Shown here piece by piece: positions 13,101-25,000 of a DNA stretch of 64,000 nt. The position numbers were made by a program, and so were the translations under genes. The notes beneath the pieces were generated by a model. It searched no databases. It saw nothing but the letters and a program-made list of their open reading frames with translations, and was not told where the DNA came from. Numbering within the stretch: position 1 is the first letter of the stretch; each line of letters starts with the position of its first letter. The stretch spans positions 51,860 through 115,859 of the forward strand of contig NIVC01001109.1 in NCBI GenBank assembly GCA_002269645.1, given 5' to 3'. The stretch is from Macrostomum lignano. Lineage: Eukaryota.

Positions 13101-16100
13101 CTGAGATGCTGAGATGCTGAGATGCTGAGATGCTGAGATGCTGAGATGCTGAGATGCTGAGACGAGGAGATGCTGTGATGCTAAGATGCTGAGATGCTGA
13201 GATAATGAGATGATGACATGCGCTCACTCATTTTGAGGCTCGTAAACTGAAATAGACCTTGGACCTTAGTCGCTTTTAGTTCTGGGCCATCGGAGCCGAC
13301 CCTCAAGACACAGAGCTAGGGTTAACACGCCTGACGATGAGAAAATCGGGACACCCTGTGTGATGAGTCAGAGTCTCCGTGCTCAGAGGTCAGCGTAGTA
13401 GGAATGACTGCTTGCGTCCTTGATTTGCGTCAGTGAAACGCAAAAATCTCGAAAAAATCACACCACAGTGGACGGTCAAGAGTCGTTTCTGGGAGTCCGG
13501 AACCTGATCCTGCTCGGAGGCACTGGATTAGCGCCATGGGCTCTGGCCGACCCGCTCAAAGCTCGGGTCTTTGCTAAGCAACTACTAAAAGAAGCAGCAA
13601 AAACTGCTCAGGAGGCCAGCAGGAATCGAACTTCAATCACCGATCAGCAGCTGGACAAGATGTCGGCCAGCCAATTGATCAATTTTGCGCGTCGCCTGCC
13701 TGCCGCCGACATTTTGGCAGCCGAGCGTCGAGTCCTAAACGACAGCAGTGAAATCGACGTCGGGACACCCAAAGGCTCCAAGACTCTTGGCCCAGTCAGC
13801 ACCGACGCAAAATTCTTTCAGTCAAGCAATTTGAATCAGGAGATCAAGTCGTCTCGGTCTGCCTTCGCCGGAGTCAATCTTCTCGTCGGATTTTCGACCA
13901 GCTCAGCTCGGCACCTGATGGGACAAAGCCAGCTAGCTGGTGACGCCAGGGATCGAAGACTGAGTATCGAACGGCTGGTGCAAACTGTGTTTCCGCGCAA
14001 CGCTGCCCAGTCTGTGGCAGTCGGGGTCCTCGATGCCGCTTACGATGTTGGAGCGCGCGAGTCGATTGCTACAAATGACACGAAAATGAACTCTGTAGAG
14101 GCCGCAATGCTCTCTGATGGCCTGTTGGCTTCGCCGTGTCTGGCCAGTGCTTTGCACCACACTGCCAAAGGTGCCGCTACCTTTGTGGGCACCTTTGATG
14201 CTGCTGAAGACGGCGGTAGCGGCTGGTGGCAGGAGGACCTGGCGTTGGCTTTAGGCGAACCAGTTCTGGCCGACGTCCGACGGCACCCGGCGTCAGAACG
14301 GGCTGAATCGATAGGACGCTACCGCGCTGCTGATCGAGTCGCTTCCGTTGCACTGATGCGCTACCTGGCTAATTTTGTTGCTACCGGGTAATTGACCTGG
14401 GAATGTAGTAGATTGATGGGATTAATGTCAGTAGGGGTACCGATAGCTACTGAGAGCAATTAATTTAAGAACTCGATTTTACCGATTTTATGGTAATAAA
14501 TTACATAAATTACAGGGGGTTGTAGCCTAGTGGTTGGAGAGTTGGCCTCACGCCTTGAAGGTCGGGGGTTCGATTCCCGATTCCAATTGGAACAATTTGA
14601 TTTCTTGAGCAAGACAATTAACTCTGCATTGCTTCAGTTCACCCAGCTGTAAAATGGGTGCCAGCATTAGCTGGGGTAATTGAGGGTGTGTGCAACCCCC
14701 CCCCCCCCAGTCCTTGGACTGAACAGCCGTACGCAGCCTTCAGATGCGCCGCGCAATAGCTGCGGCTGAGCTGTCGGTTGCACATCTGCCCATTAAGGCA
14801 GGTGTAATCAATTTTTATTTATGTATTATGATGACCATAATTGGAATTTTTGCTAGAACCACAGATACTATAAACACTAGATAGGCCACTCAGGCTAATT
14901 TTCTGGGCAAGTTTTTTATTCTACTTTCTGCTTAGTAGCAATGAAAGGAAGCAACAGTATTATTTGCTAAATTAGACAAATCGAGTGACTGTTTTTAAGA
15001 CATCGTTTTGCTAACGCCATAAACAACTAACTTGTTTTGTGCAGTAATGGTGTACATTAAGACGCGACAGACAGTGTGCAATGCCGCTATCTTTCAAAGT
15101 GGAGGAAGGGGGGTAGTCTGGAATAGGGTTAATATCAGTTTCGTATAAGGCAGGGTGAGTGGATCGATAATTTAGGCCCACTGGTGGTGGGATAGAAAAT
15201 AAAGGACTGCACATAGCTAGCCTGGGTTAGGGGTGGGGGTTGAGAGGTTGTGGGTTAGAAAATTTGGGGGTGGCGAATCGTGCTTAAATACAAGCTTATA
15301 TAGATGAACAGGACAAGAGTCAGAGTTAAAGAAAGTTCGAGTGCATACTAGCTTTTCTATCTAATCTTGTACTCGAGAAATGTTTTGATTCGAACCACTG
15401 CTGTGCTCCCACTTGCACGAGCTTTGTACTAGTGCTATTAACATCCGAGAAAGAAAAATCCGTTGCGAATGCATAAATTACCAAAAGATGACACTGGCGA
15501 AGCGCTGGCAGCAGCTACTGCAGGAGCGTGGATATTGACCTTTATAAACAATTAAATCACGGGGCCTCCGTGTGTTCAGCTTGCACTTTATGGACGAGGC
15601 CTACTGCTGCCTTACAAAGTGCCACGGATGTGCAAGACATCTGTTTTCGCTGGGACGCAATCCCACACCAAGAGTTGATGCTGCCTCGGCTCGTTCAAAT
15701 AGACCAGCTACCCTCTGTGCAAAGGACTGATAAACGATGAAGAGGCAGACGACATGTACCCTCCAGTGCTGGGGCCAATTAGCAATCTATCTGCAGCCGA
15801 GCCTGCGACTTGCCTGCTGCCAGTGCTGTGGCAGAGCAACCTTCGGCTACCAGATTCTGCGCCGAGAACAGCTGTTGCGGCTGAAAGCTCTCACCTCTGC
15901 AGCCGATTCGCGGGTTCCAAGCGCTAGAGGCAACGATCAAGCGGCTGCAGCAACGATCCCGAGGCCGAAAGTGACAGGCGAATCAAGCGGCTGCAGCGGC
16001 AATCCCGAAAGCGACAGGCAAATCAAGCGGCTGCAGCGGCAATCCCGAAAGCGACAGGCAAATCAAGCGGCTGCAGCGGCAATCCCGAAAACGACAGGCA

Positions 16101-18461
16101 AATCAAGCGGCTGCAGCGGCAATCCCGAAAGCGACAGGCAAATCAAGCGGCTGCAGCGGCAATCCCGAAAGCGACAGGCAAATCAAGCGGCTGCAGCGGC
16201 AATCCCGAAAACGACAGGCAAATCAAGCGGCTGCAGCGGCAATCCCGAAAGCGACAGGCAAATCAAGCGGCTGCAGCGGCAACATTCGATGGTCAAGGCA
16301 AGTGCAGCGCAGTCGTGCATCCATGGACTGTGGAGGCGTGGCTAGCGCAGCTTCCAGCGGTCGACTGGGCGGCAGGGCGCTCGCAGTCAGGGGTGCTCTG
16401 GTCAAAGGATGTCATCTCATCAGCAGCTCATTGCAGCTGCACCACAAAAGTCCTGCTGCTTATCGGCTGCCTGTTACGAAACCACTGAGGATTGGCTCTC
16501 CATCGGATACATCCCTGGACCTTGAAGTGGCGCATTCGCCAGTTTTTTTCATCTGTTGGGCCGTTCTGAATGCTGCCTCTGAACAAGGGCGACTGGCGAC
16601 CCTGTTCTTCAACAGCACGCTGCGAGTTTCACAAACAGATGAGCTGATTAAGATGAGAAATCTTTCTATTTTGCTACACGAATATGGATTATGGAGTATA
16701 TGATATAGCTCGTATTTGCTAAATATACAATAGTTGACTGCAATAATATAGCCTTCTATGCAATCTAAAGCATTCACAATGTTGCTTTGAATTGTGGAAA
16801 GTATAATTATAAGTTTCTTTTTGCAAAAAAATCAATACAATTGCTGCATTGCATTCATCTGTTTTTTTATTTTTAAAAAATATAAATAACGCTAAAATGT
16901 TTTTACTACTACTAAGCAGAAAGTAGAGTAAACTGTCGTGTTGTGAAAATTAGCCTGAGTGGCCTATCTAGTGTTTATAGTATCTGTGGCTAGAACAGCC
17001 TTTTTAACTTCACAATAGCAATCCGGCCCGCTTAAGGTTTTGCGTCTCTTCTCAGCTCTTTCATTATTCTCTCATCCTATATCTCATCTCATTCCTCTCT
17101 TCTCTATTCCCTGTCCTGTCCTGTCTCATCCGGTTGGCAGCCATTAGTTGGATTCTTTATATCTGGTCTTGAGGTAAGAAAAAGTTTTCCAATCCCCCAT
17201 CAATCAAAGGCGTACGAACCAAGGACCAATACATAAATCGTTCTTGGTACAAACTTCCGATATGAAGTTTAAACCACGAGGTGAATTCAATTTTATGATG
17301 TAGAAACCCATTTCAAATTCGTTAATTTATTTTAAAGCGAAGTTTGGGCTTAAGCAGTGTTTGGCAGTAGGAGGTAAAGCTAATCCTCATTAATCTCTTG
17401 CAGAAATCCCAACAAGCCATCGAGTAATCGGACAGCTTACTCAGCTGACGGATTCTCTCAAATTTTGCCGCACGATCAAGCGGTCGAATGGCCCAATTTT
17501 CTGCCAGATTCACAGAAATATCTATCATTTGGTAAGTCTTCGTTTTTATTCTGCTAAACTACTGTTAGTAGACTGTTAGCTCGTAGACTGAAAAAAACTT
17601 AGATGGATTAAATTTGTTTTAACAGGCCGCATAAGCGGTCGACCATCGGCACAGAGTTTCTATCGGAGCAAACAGATGCGACTGTGGCAACGACATCTGC
17701 CAGCGATTCTGGACAATGCAAACAAACTCATCGAGACTGGCAGCCAAGGTGCCCATGCCAACGTCAGCCGGAGATGCCAATCCTTGTCACCTGATTCAAT
17801 GGCCACCCTGCCGGACAAATCGACAAGACAGACGCCACGACCATCGTCGACGCCGAAGCCAACAGACAACGGCGGTCAGGCGTCAACCACCAGACCGACC
17901 TTGACAGAGCTGGTCGCCAACGAGGACAATCGGTTGGTTCTGATCCTGACGATCGGCAGCAGCCTGCTGACACTGAACTGCCTGACCCTCGTCGGTGTCT
18001 GTCTGGCCATCAGTCGACTGCGTCTCGAACGTCGCAGAATTCAACGCCAAATGCAGCGTCGGCCCGCTCCGGCCAGACGGAAGCAGCGACATCGACATCG
18101 GCGTCATCAAAGAGGTCGAAACGATGTCGACGACGACCACAACAATGACTACGAAGAAGAGCTTGGCAGCGACGATTTCAACGATGGCATCAAGCTAGAC
18201 TCCCACGATGGACACGACGATGGGAGAGTTGCTGGCCGCGGAGAGGCAGCCATGACGCACTCCCTCCGGCTGCCACCACCGCCGCCTCCGCCTCCACCTC
18301 CGCCACCGTTACTGATGCTGATGTCAAGCAGCACAGCAAGCGACTGTCCGGGCTACGTGGACTGCGACTACTGGTTCAAGACGGACAACAGCGCGGCAAC
18401 GAGCAGCGGTTCTAGCGGCTGTCGGAATCGCTGCAAGGACGGCCAGACAACCATGGTGTGA
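7181..18461 (+). CDS. NLGN: Neuroligin-like protein (non-catalytic cholinesterase-like ectodomain, TM, PDZ-binding tail), ~928 aa, 6 exons
   Basis: Exons 7181-7700, 10019-10216, 10335-10520, 13469(or 13481)-14387, 17404-17531, 17626-18461. All introns are GT-AG and phase-compatible (2787 nt). Motifs: [69 protein letters not shown] (catalytic Ser absent), NFVATGNPN, EWP.F....[40 protein letters not shown], poly-Pro, C-terminal QTTMV. Confidence 0.92.
7713..7852 (+). repeat. 39-bp intronic tandem repeat copied from the 3' end of neuroligin exon 1
   Basis: TACCTGAATGTGTACAAACCGGTGCT (exon, 7673-7698) recurs at 7719, 7758, 7797 and partially at 7836. Confidence 0.9.
8501..9123. repeat. (GGTT)n microsatellite
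   Basis: Near-perfect run in neuroligin intron 1. Confidence 0.98.
9602..9934. repeat. 12-bp minisatellite (GACACTGAGACA)n
   Basis: Near-perfect tandem run in neuroligin intron 1. Confidence 0.97.
10596..11327. repeat. 30-bp minisatellite (GGGAGTTGCTGAGATGCCATGGCTCACAGG)
   Basis: About 24 tandem copies in neuroligin intron 3. Confidence 0.96.
11938..13206. repeat. (GCTGAGAT)n 8-bp satellite with interspersed remnants of the neighbouring 30-mer
   Basis: The 8-mer equals the core of the 30-bp unit. CCATGGCTCACAGG remnants and a marker GATGTTGAGATGCCTGCCTG recur at 12301, 12679 and 12985. Confidence 0.95.
14515..14830 (+). mobile_element. tRNA-derived SINE with CORE-like central domain
   Basis: Pol III A box TAGCCTAGTGG (14523-14533) and B box GGTTCGATTCC (14567-14577). 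14603-14659 TCTTGAGCAAGACAATTAACTCTGCATTGCTTCAGTTCACCCAGCTGTAAAATGGG resembles the MIR/CORE consensus. AT-rich tail. Confidence 0.8.
15390..15665 (+). pseudogene. Frameshifted THAP zinc-finger remnant inside the P-like element
   Basis: Across frames: HCCAPTC ... MHKLPKD ... KRWQQLL ... [13 protein letters not shown] ... RWDAIP. This is the THAP motif order (C-x-x-x-C, FP, W, CSxHF, AVP), with stops and frameshifts. Confidence 0.6.
15981..16282. repeat. 40-bp minisatellite inside the P-like element
   Basis: AATCAAGCGGCTGCAGCGGCAATCCCGAAAGCGACAGGCA, about 7.5 copies. Confidence 0.95.
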
Positions 18462-18751
18462 TGACTTACATGTACAGCTAGGGTTTGCGCCTTGGAAAAC
18501 CAAGTAAATTGCTTTTGTCAGTTCAGTTACGTTCTTAAAAAAGCCAATGAAGCGGACAATTCCATTAAATATCAGCAACAAGTGCACAAATCAAGTTCTG
18601 CGGAGAGAATGCTTGCTTTGAAATTTTCTACTTCAGAGGTTTCGGCCCGTCTCTCTCAAACTATCCGGCACTCGGGGCTAATTGAAACTTCACAATAGTA
18701 ATCCAGCCAGCTCAATGTTTGCGTCTCCTCTTCTCTCTCTCCTTTCCCTAG

Positions 18752-20218
18752 GAGTTCTGTGGCAGTGTGGCTTTGATTGGCTTTAATGTCTATGGCCGAG
18801 TGCAGTTTTTTGGCAGCTGTGGCTTTGATTGGCTTTAATGTCTATGGCCAAGTGCAGTTTTTTGGCAGCTGTGGCTTTGATTGGCTTTATTGTCTATGGC
18901 CGAGTGCAGTTCTGTGGCAGTGTGGCTTTGATTGGCTTTATTGTCTATGGCCGAGTGCAGTTCTGTGGCAGTGGCTTTGATTGGCTTTATTGTCTATGGC
19001 CGAGTGCAGTTTTGTGGCAGTGTGGCTTTGATTAGCTTTATTGTCTATGGCCGAGTGCAGTTCCGTGGCAGTGGCTTTGATTGGCTTTATTGTCTATGGC
19101 CAAGTGCAGTTCTTTGGCAGTGGCTTTGATTGGCTTTATTGTCTATGGCCGAGTGCAGTTCTGTGGCAGTGGCTTTGATTGGCTTTATTGTCTATGGCCG
19201 AGTGCAGTTCTGTGGCAGTGGCTTTGATTGGCTTTATTGTCTATGGCCGAGTGCAGTTCTGTGGCAGTGTGGCTTTGATTAGCTTTATTGTCTATGGCCG
19301 AGTGCAGTTCTGTGGCAGTGGCTTTGATTGGCTTTATTGTCTATGGCCGAGTGCAGTTCTGTGGCAGTGGCTTTGATTGGCTTTATTGTCTATGGCCGAG
19401 TGCAGTTCTGTGGCAGTGTGGCTTTGATTAGCTTTATTGTCTATGGCCGAGTGCAGTTCTGTGGCAGTGGCTTTGATTGGCTTTATTGTCTATGGCCGAG
19501 TGCAGTTCTGTGGCAGTGTGGCTTTGATTAGCTTTATTGTCTATGGCCGAGTGCAGTTCTGTGGCAGTGGCTTTGATTAGCTTTATTGACTATGGCCAAG
19601 TGCAGTTCTGTGGCAGTGGCTTTGATTGGCTTTATTGTCTATGGCCGAGTGCAGTTCTGTGGCAGTGTGGCTTTGATTAGCTTTATTGTCTATGGCCGAG
19701 TGCAGTTCTGTGGCAGTGGCTTTGATTGGCTTTATTGTCTATGGCCGAGTGCAGTTCTGTGGCAGTGGCTTTGATTGGCTTTATTGTCTATGGCCGAGTG
19801 CAGTTCTGGTGCAGTGTGGCTTTGATTAGCTTTATTGTCTATGGCCGAGTGCAGTTCTGTGGCAGTGTGGCTTTGATTAGCTTTATTGTCTATGGCCGAG
19901 TGCAGTTCTGTGGCAGTGTGGCTTTTATCGGCTTTATTTTTACTGTCTATGGCCGAGTGCAGTTCTGTGGCAGTGGCTTTGATTGGCTTTATTGTCTATG
20001 GCCGAGTGCAGTTCTGTGGCAGTGTGGCTTTGATTAGCTTTATTGTCTATGGCCGAGTGCAGTTCTGTGGCAGTGTGGCTTTGATTAGCTTTATTGTCTA
20101 TGGCCGAGTGCAGTTCTGTGGCAGTGTGGCTTTTATCGGCTTTATTTTTACTGTCTATGGCCGAGTGCAGTTCTGTGGCAGTGTGGCTTTTATCGGCTTT
20201 ATTTTTACTGTCTATGGC
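18752..20218. repeat. 49-51-bp minisatellite downstream of the neuroligin stop
   Basis: CTATGGCCGAGTGCAGTTCTGTGGCAGT(GT)GGCTTTGATTGGCTTTATTGT, about 29 copies. Confidence 0.96.
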
Positions 20219-20869
20219 CCGTGTTTAAACAGCACATTTAAATAGATTTTTTTCAGATTTACGAAGTTCGCACTAAATAAAATTCTACAGTATACGAGTA
20301 AAATGCAAAGTAGGTTATTCGCGTAAACTTCGAGTAAATACTTAACAACAATATACTCGTACATTTTATATTCCTTGTATTCTTTCAATTGTAGTTTGGC
20401 AAAATATTGTAAGGATGAATGTATCAACAAAAACTAATTATTATAATTTTATTGAATTAGCCATTCCAATTTTGAAATTTTATCTCATATTAACAAAAAA
20501 TATTACATTAAATAAAATAGACTTTATTGTTTGTTAGTAAAACTTGGACAACAAAATAAATATTTTTATGCTGTAAAAATCAACTAATTTTTTTTTCATT
20601 TTGCGCGACTCGTGTGGTACTACTACCATAGTAGTTTCTAATAGCTTCTTCAGAGAACAGCTGATGTCAGCAACCAGCCAACATAAGTTAGACATTGTGC
20701 AACAAAAATATCTATAATTTTAATTGCATAGAAATTACAGAACCAAGATTACAAAATTAATACTATGGACCTATAATATGAATGATGAGAGAGGAAGGAT
20801 TAGAGAGAGGAGAGGAGAGAGGAAAAGAGGAGTTCAGAGAGAAGATAGGAGAGTAGACAGTAGATGCGA

Positions 20870-21990
20870 GAGAGTAGAGAGTAGAGAGTAGATTAGTAGA
20901 TGGAGACCGTGGATAGTAGATGGGAGACAGTAGAGAGTAGATGGGAGACAGTAGAGAGTAGATGAGAGACAATAGAGAGTGGATAGGAGACAGTAGAGAG
21001 TAGATTGGAGACAGTAGAGAGTAGATGAGAGACAGTAGAGAGTAGATGGGAGACAGTGGAGAGTAGATGGGAGACAGTAAATAGTAGATGAGAGACATTG
21101 GAGAGTAGATGAGAGACAGTAGAGAGTAGATGAGAGACAGTAGAGAGTAGATGAGAGACAGTAGAGTAGATGGGAGACAGTAGAGAGTAGATTAGAGACA
21201 GTAGAGAGTAGATGGGAGACAGTAGAGAGTAGATGGGAGACAGTAGAGAGTAGATGAGAGACAGTAGAGAGTAGATGAGAGACAGTAGAGTAGATGGGAG
21301 ACAGTAGAGAGTAGATGGGAGACAGTAGAGAGTAGATGGGAGACAGTAGAGAGTAGATGGGAGACAGTAGAGAGTAGATGGGAGACAGTAGAGAGTAGAT
21401 GGGAGACAGTAGAGAGTAGATGGGAGACAGTAGAGAGTAGATGGGAGACAGTAGAGAGTAGATTAGAGACAGGTGAGAGTAGATGGGAGACAGTAGAGAG
21501 TAGATGGGAGACAGTAGAGAGTAGATGAGAGACAGTAGAGAGTAGATGAGAGACAGTAGAGTAGATGGGAGACAGTAGAGAGTAGATGGGAGACAGTAGA
21601 GAGTAGATGAGAGACAGTAGAGAGTAGATGGGAGACAGTAGAGAGTAGATGGGAGACAGTAGAGAGTAGATGGGAGACAGTAGAGAGTAGATGAGAGACA
21701 GTAGAGAGTAGATGGGAGACAGTAGAGAGTAGATTAGAGACAGTAGAGAGTAGATGGGAGACAGTAGAGAGTAGATGGGAGACAGTAGAGAGTAGATGAG
21801 AGACAGTAGAGAGTAGATGAGAGACAGTAGAGAGTAGATGAGAGACAGTAGAGAGTAGATGAGAGACAGTAGAGAGTAGATGAGAGACAGTAGAGAGTAG
21901 ATGAGAGACAGTAGAGAGTAGATGGGAGACAGTAGAGAGTGGATGGGAGACAGTAGAGAGTAGATGGGAGACAGTAGAGTAGACGGGAGA
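20870..21990. repeat. 21-bp purine-rich minisatellite (GAGACAGTAGAGAGTAGATGG)
   Basis: About 50 tandem copies with a degenerate left edge. Confidence 0.95.
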
Positions 21991-22094
21991 CATAAAAATC
22001 CAGTGCAGAGTTGCCGCGATCAGCATCCCAGCAGCAGAAATCAGAGCACTTCATCAGAACTCTCCTATTCAAGCTGCGGTCAGTTCAATGAGCT

Positions 22095-25000
22095 TCAACT
22101 GCTGTTTTCACTGTCGGCTGTTGCTGCCGGCTCAGCGCAGGCTGAATATGCCGGCGGTGGCTCGGCTGTTGAGCCGACAGCTTCTTCGACTTCGTCGCCA
22201 TCCGCCGCAGTGACTGCCGAATAAGTGGGCGGCGGCCGGTCCTCTCGACCATCGCTGCTGTCCGGCTGCTGACTCTGGGATTCCCGCGTGTAGGCTGGAG
22301 GCGGCGGAGCGTGCAGCGACGGCTGCGCACCCCAGGCCGATAGCCAAGGCTCCTCGTTACCATAGCAACTGTCGGTGTCGCCACCGCCTAATTCGATGTC
22401 GGTGTCGACACCTCGGTTAGCGACGCCGGCGCTGATGCGGCGGACTCGTCGAAGCGCCCTGGGTCGAGCGTTGCCGATCCAGGCAGATGAGCTGGTCATG
22501 GCTGGGTTTATGAGCGAGTTCATGGGTGAGTGCATGAGTTAGGTTATGAGTGAGTTCATGAGTGTCATCATGGGTGAGTTCATGGGTGAGTTCATGAGTA
22601 AGTTCATAATTGAATTCGTGGGTGAACTAATGATTGAGTTCATGAGTGAGTTCATGAGTGAGTTCATGAATAAGTTCATAATTGAGTTCATGAATAAGTT
22701 TATGAGTGAGTTTATGACTGGGTTTAGGAGTGAGTTTATGACTGTGTTTATGAGTGAGTTTATGAGTGAGTTTATGACTGGGTTTATGAGTGAGTTTATG
22801 AGTGAGTTCATGAATAAGTTTATGAGTGAGTTTATGACTGGGTTTATGAGTGAGTTTATGAGTGAGTTCATGAGTGATTTTATGATGAGCTCATGAGTGA
22901 GTTCATGACATAGTGATTAAGTGACTGACTGAGTGGACCAGTGATGCTGACCAGTGACCAGAACGCAGAACTTGAGTCACTCACCCACGGTCGGGTCGCG
23001 AACTCGGCCGCTCCTCTGCCAGCAACAGTTGCAGTTACGCTTCAGTGAACCCTTGCAATTCTTGACCAGGTAGGTGAGCAGGTAGCAGAGCACCACAGCG
23101 CCGCAGATACCGAAGCCGATATAGAGCACACTAAAATTATAACACAGCTTACGAGCGTATTGAAAACTATTCATTCGAACAGTATTATAAAAGATTCTTT
23201 AATCGATTCTATTAGCATAAATAACTTACAACAAGAGCATAGGGGGTACGCTTATAAGGTAGCATTTTATACCTAACGATATTTTCTAAGCAAATATACA
23301 TGTGCAATGTTTCTTTTTGAAATGCAGTTCTTTACACGCCAACGCCAATCCGAGGCGGTAAAGAGTTTTTGTTTTACCAATCAATTAAACATATTTTTTC
23401 CAACTCTATACTTCTTGGCAATTGCCTCAAATTTTCGAATACATAGAGGGTGTCGTGACCAAAGTTCATCGGGTTCATGCAGTGCCTCTACAAAAAGGTT
23501 TCTTTGAGAGCTAAGAGAGCAAATTTTTACAGTGACCATCGACACGATTACATGTATGGTTAGAGATTTAAAATGTGATATCTTGACTGTGGTCATAACT
23601 CCTGAGGAACTCACTCACTCCACTCACTCACTCCAACTCACTCACTTCACTCACTCACTCACTCATTCATTCACTCGCTAACTCACTCATTCACTCGCTA
23701 ACTCACTAATTCACTCACTCACTCATTCACTCGCTAACTCACTCATTCACTCACTCACTCATTCACTCGCTAACTCACTCATTCACTCACTCACTCATTC
23801 ACTCACTAATTCATTCACTCACTCACTCATTCACTCACTAACTCATTCATTCACTAACTCATTTACTCGCTAACTCACTCATTCACTCAGTCATTCATTC
23901 ACTCACTAACACATTCACTCACTCACTCACTCATTCACTCGCTAACTCATTCACTCACTAACTCATTCATTCACTCACTCACTCAATTACTCACTAACTC
24001 ATTCACTCACTCACTCATTCACTCGCTAACTCATTCACTCACTAACTCATTCACTCACTCACTCACTCAATTACTCAATCAAACATTCACTCTCTCGCTA
24101 CTCGTAACTCACTCATTCACTCACAATCTCTCCCTCACTCATTAATTCACTCACACACAGTCACTGACTCGCACATTCACTCACTAATTCATTCACTAAC
24201 TCATTCATACACTTACTCACTCAATAAAACATTCACTCGCTCCCTACACGTAAATCACTCATTCACTCACTCACAATATGAGCCAATAAACCCTGTTTGG
24301 AAAGCACTCACTATCGCCAAAGCTGCTCAGGTGCACAACTGCCGCTGTTGCGAACGCTGAGGCTGCAGTCGCTGCAGCAGTAATTCGAAGAGCTACTACT
24401 AGAGTTCTCACTTCGGCAGCAGTAGTCGCGACAGCGCACGTACCAAGTGGTCTTGGGCGAGTTCGTGAATGGCTTTATGGTGCAGAGCTCGTATGCCTGG
24501 GCTGAGAATTGCGAGTTTTCGGTTGGAACTGTCTTTTCTGAGGATCTGGGAGATTGGCTCATAACTGAGGATCTGGGAGATTGGCTCAGAACTGAGGATT
24601 TGGGAGATTGGCTCAGAACTGAGGATTTGGGAGATTGGCTCAGAACTGAGGATCTGGGAGATTGGCTCAGAACTGAGGATCTGCAGGGAGATTGGCTCAC
24701 AACTGAGGATCTGGGAGATTGGCTCAGAACTGAGGATCTGGGAGATTGGCTCAGAACTGAGGATCTGGGAGATTGGCTCAGAACTGAGGATCTGCAGGGA
24801 GATTGGCTCAGAACTGAGGATCTGGGAGATTGGCTCAGAACTGAGGATCTGGGAGATTGGCTCAGAACTGAGGATTTGGGAGATTGGCTCAGAACTGAGG
24901 ATCTGCAGGGAGATTGGCTCAGAACTGAGGATCTGGGAGATTGGCTCAGAACTGAGGATTTGGGAGATTGGCTCAGAACTGAGGATCTGCAGGGAGATTG

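Larger units (their letters stand above)
14860..16988. mobile_element. Non-autonomous TIR DNA transposon, P-element-like (2129 bp), in neuroligin intron 4
   Basis: Perfect 44-bp TIRs at 14860-14903 and 16945-16988 starting CACAG (fits P-superfamily CANRG termini). Identical 8-bp TSD GCTAGAAC at 14852-14859 and 16989-16996. Confidence 0.9.

Noticed and set aside
14515-14590. tRNA gene
   Set aside because: It has A and B boxes but no complementary 3' acceptor stem, and it continues into a SINE body.
15737-16703. ORFs inside the P-like element as a transposase or cargo gene
   Set aside because: They are mostly the 40-bp repeat read through, with no RNase H/DDE motifs.
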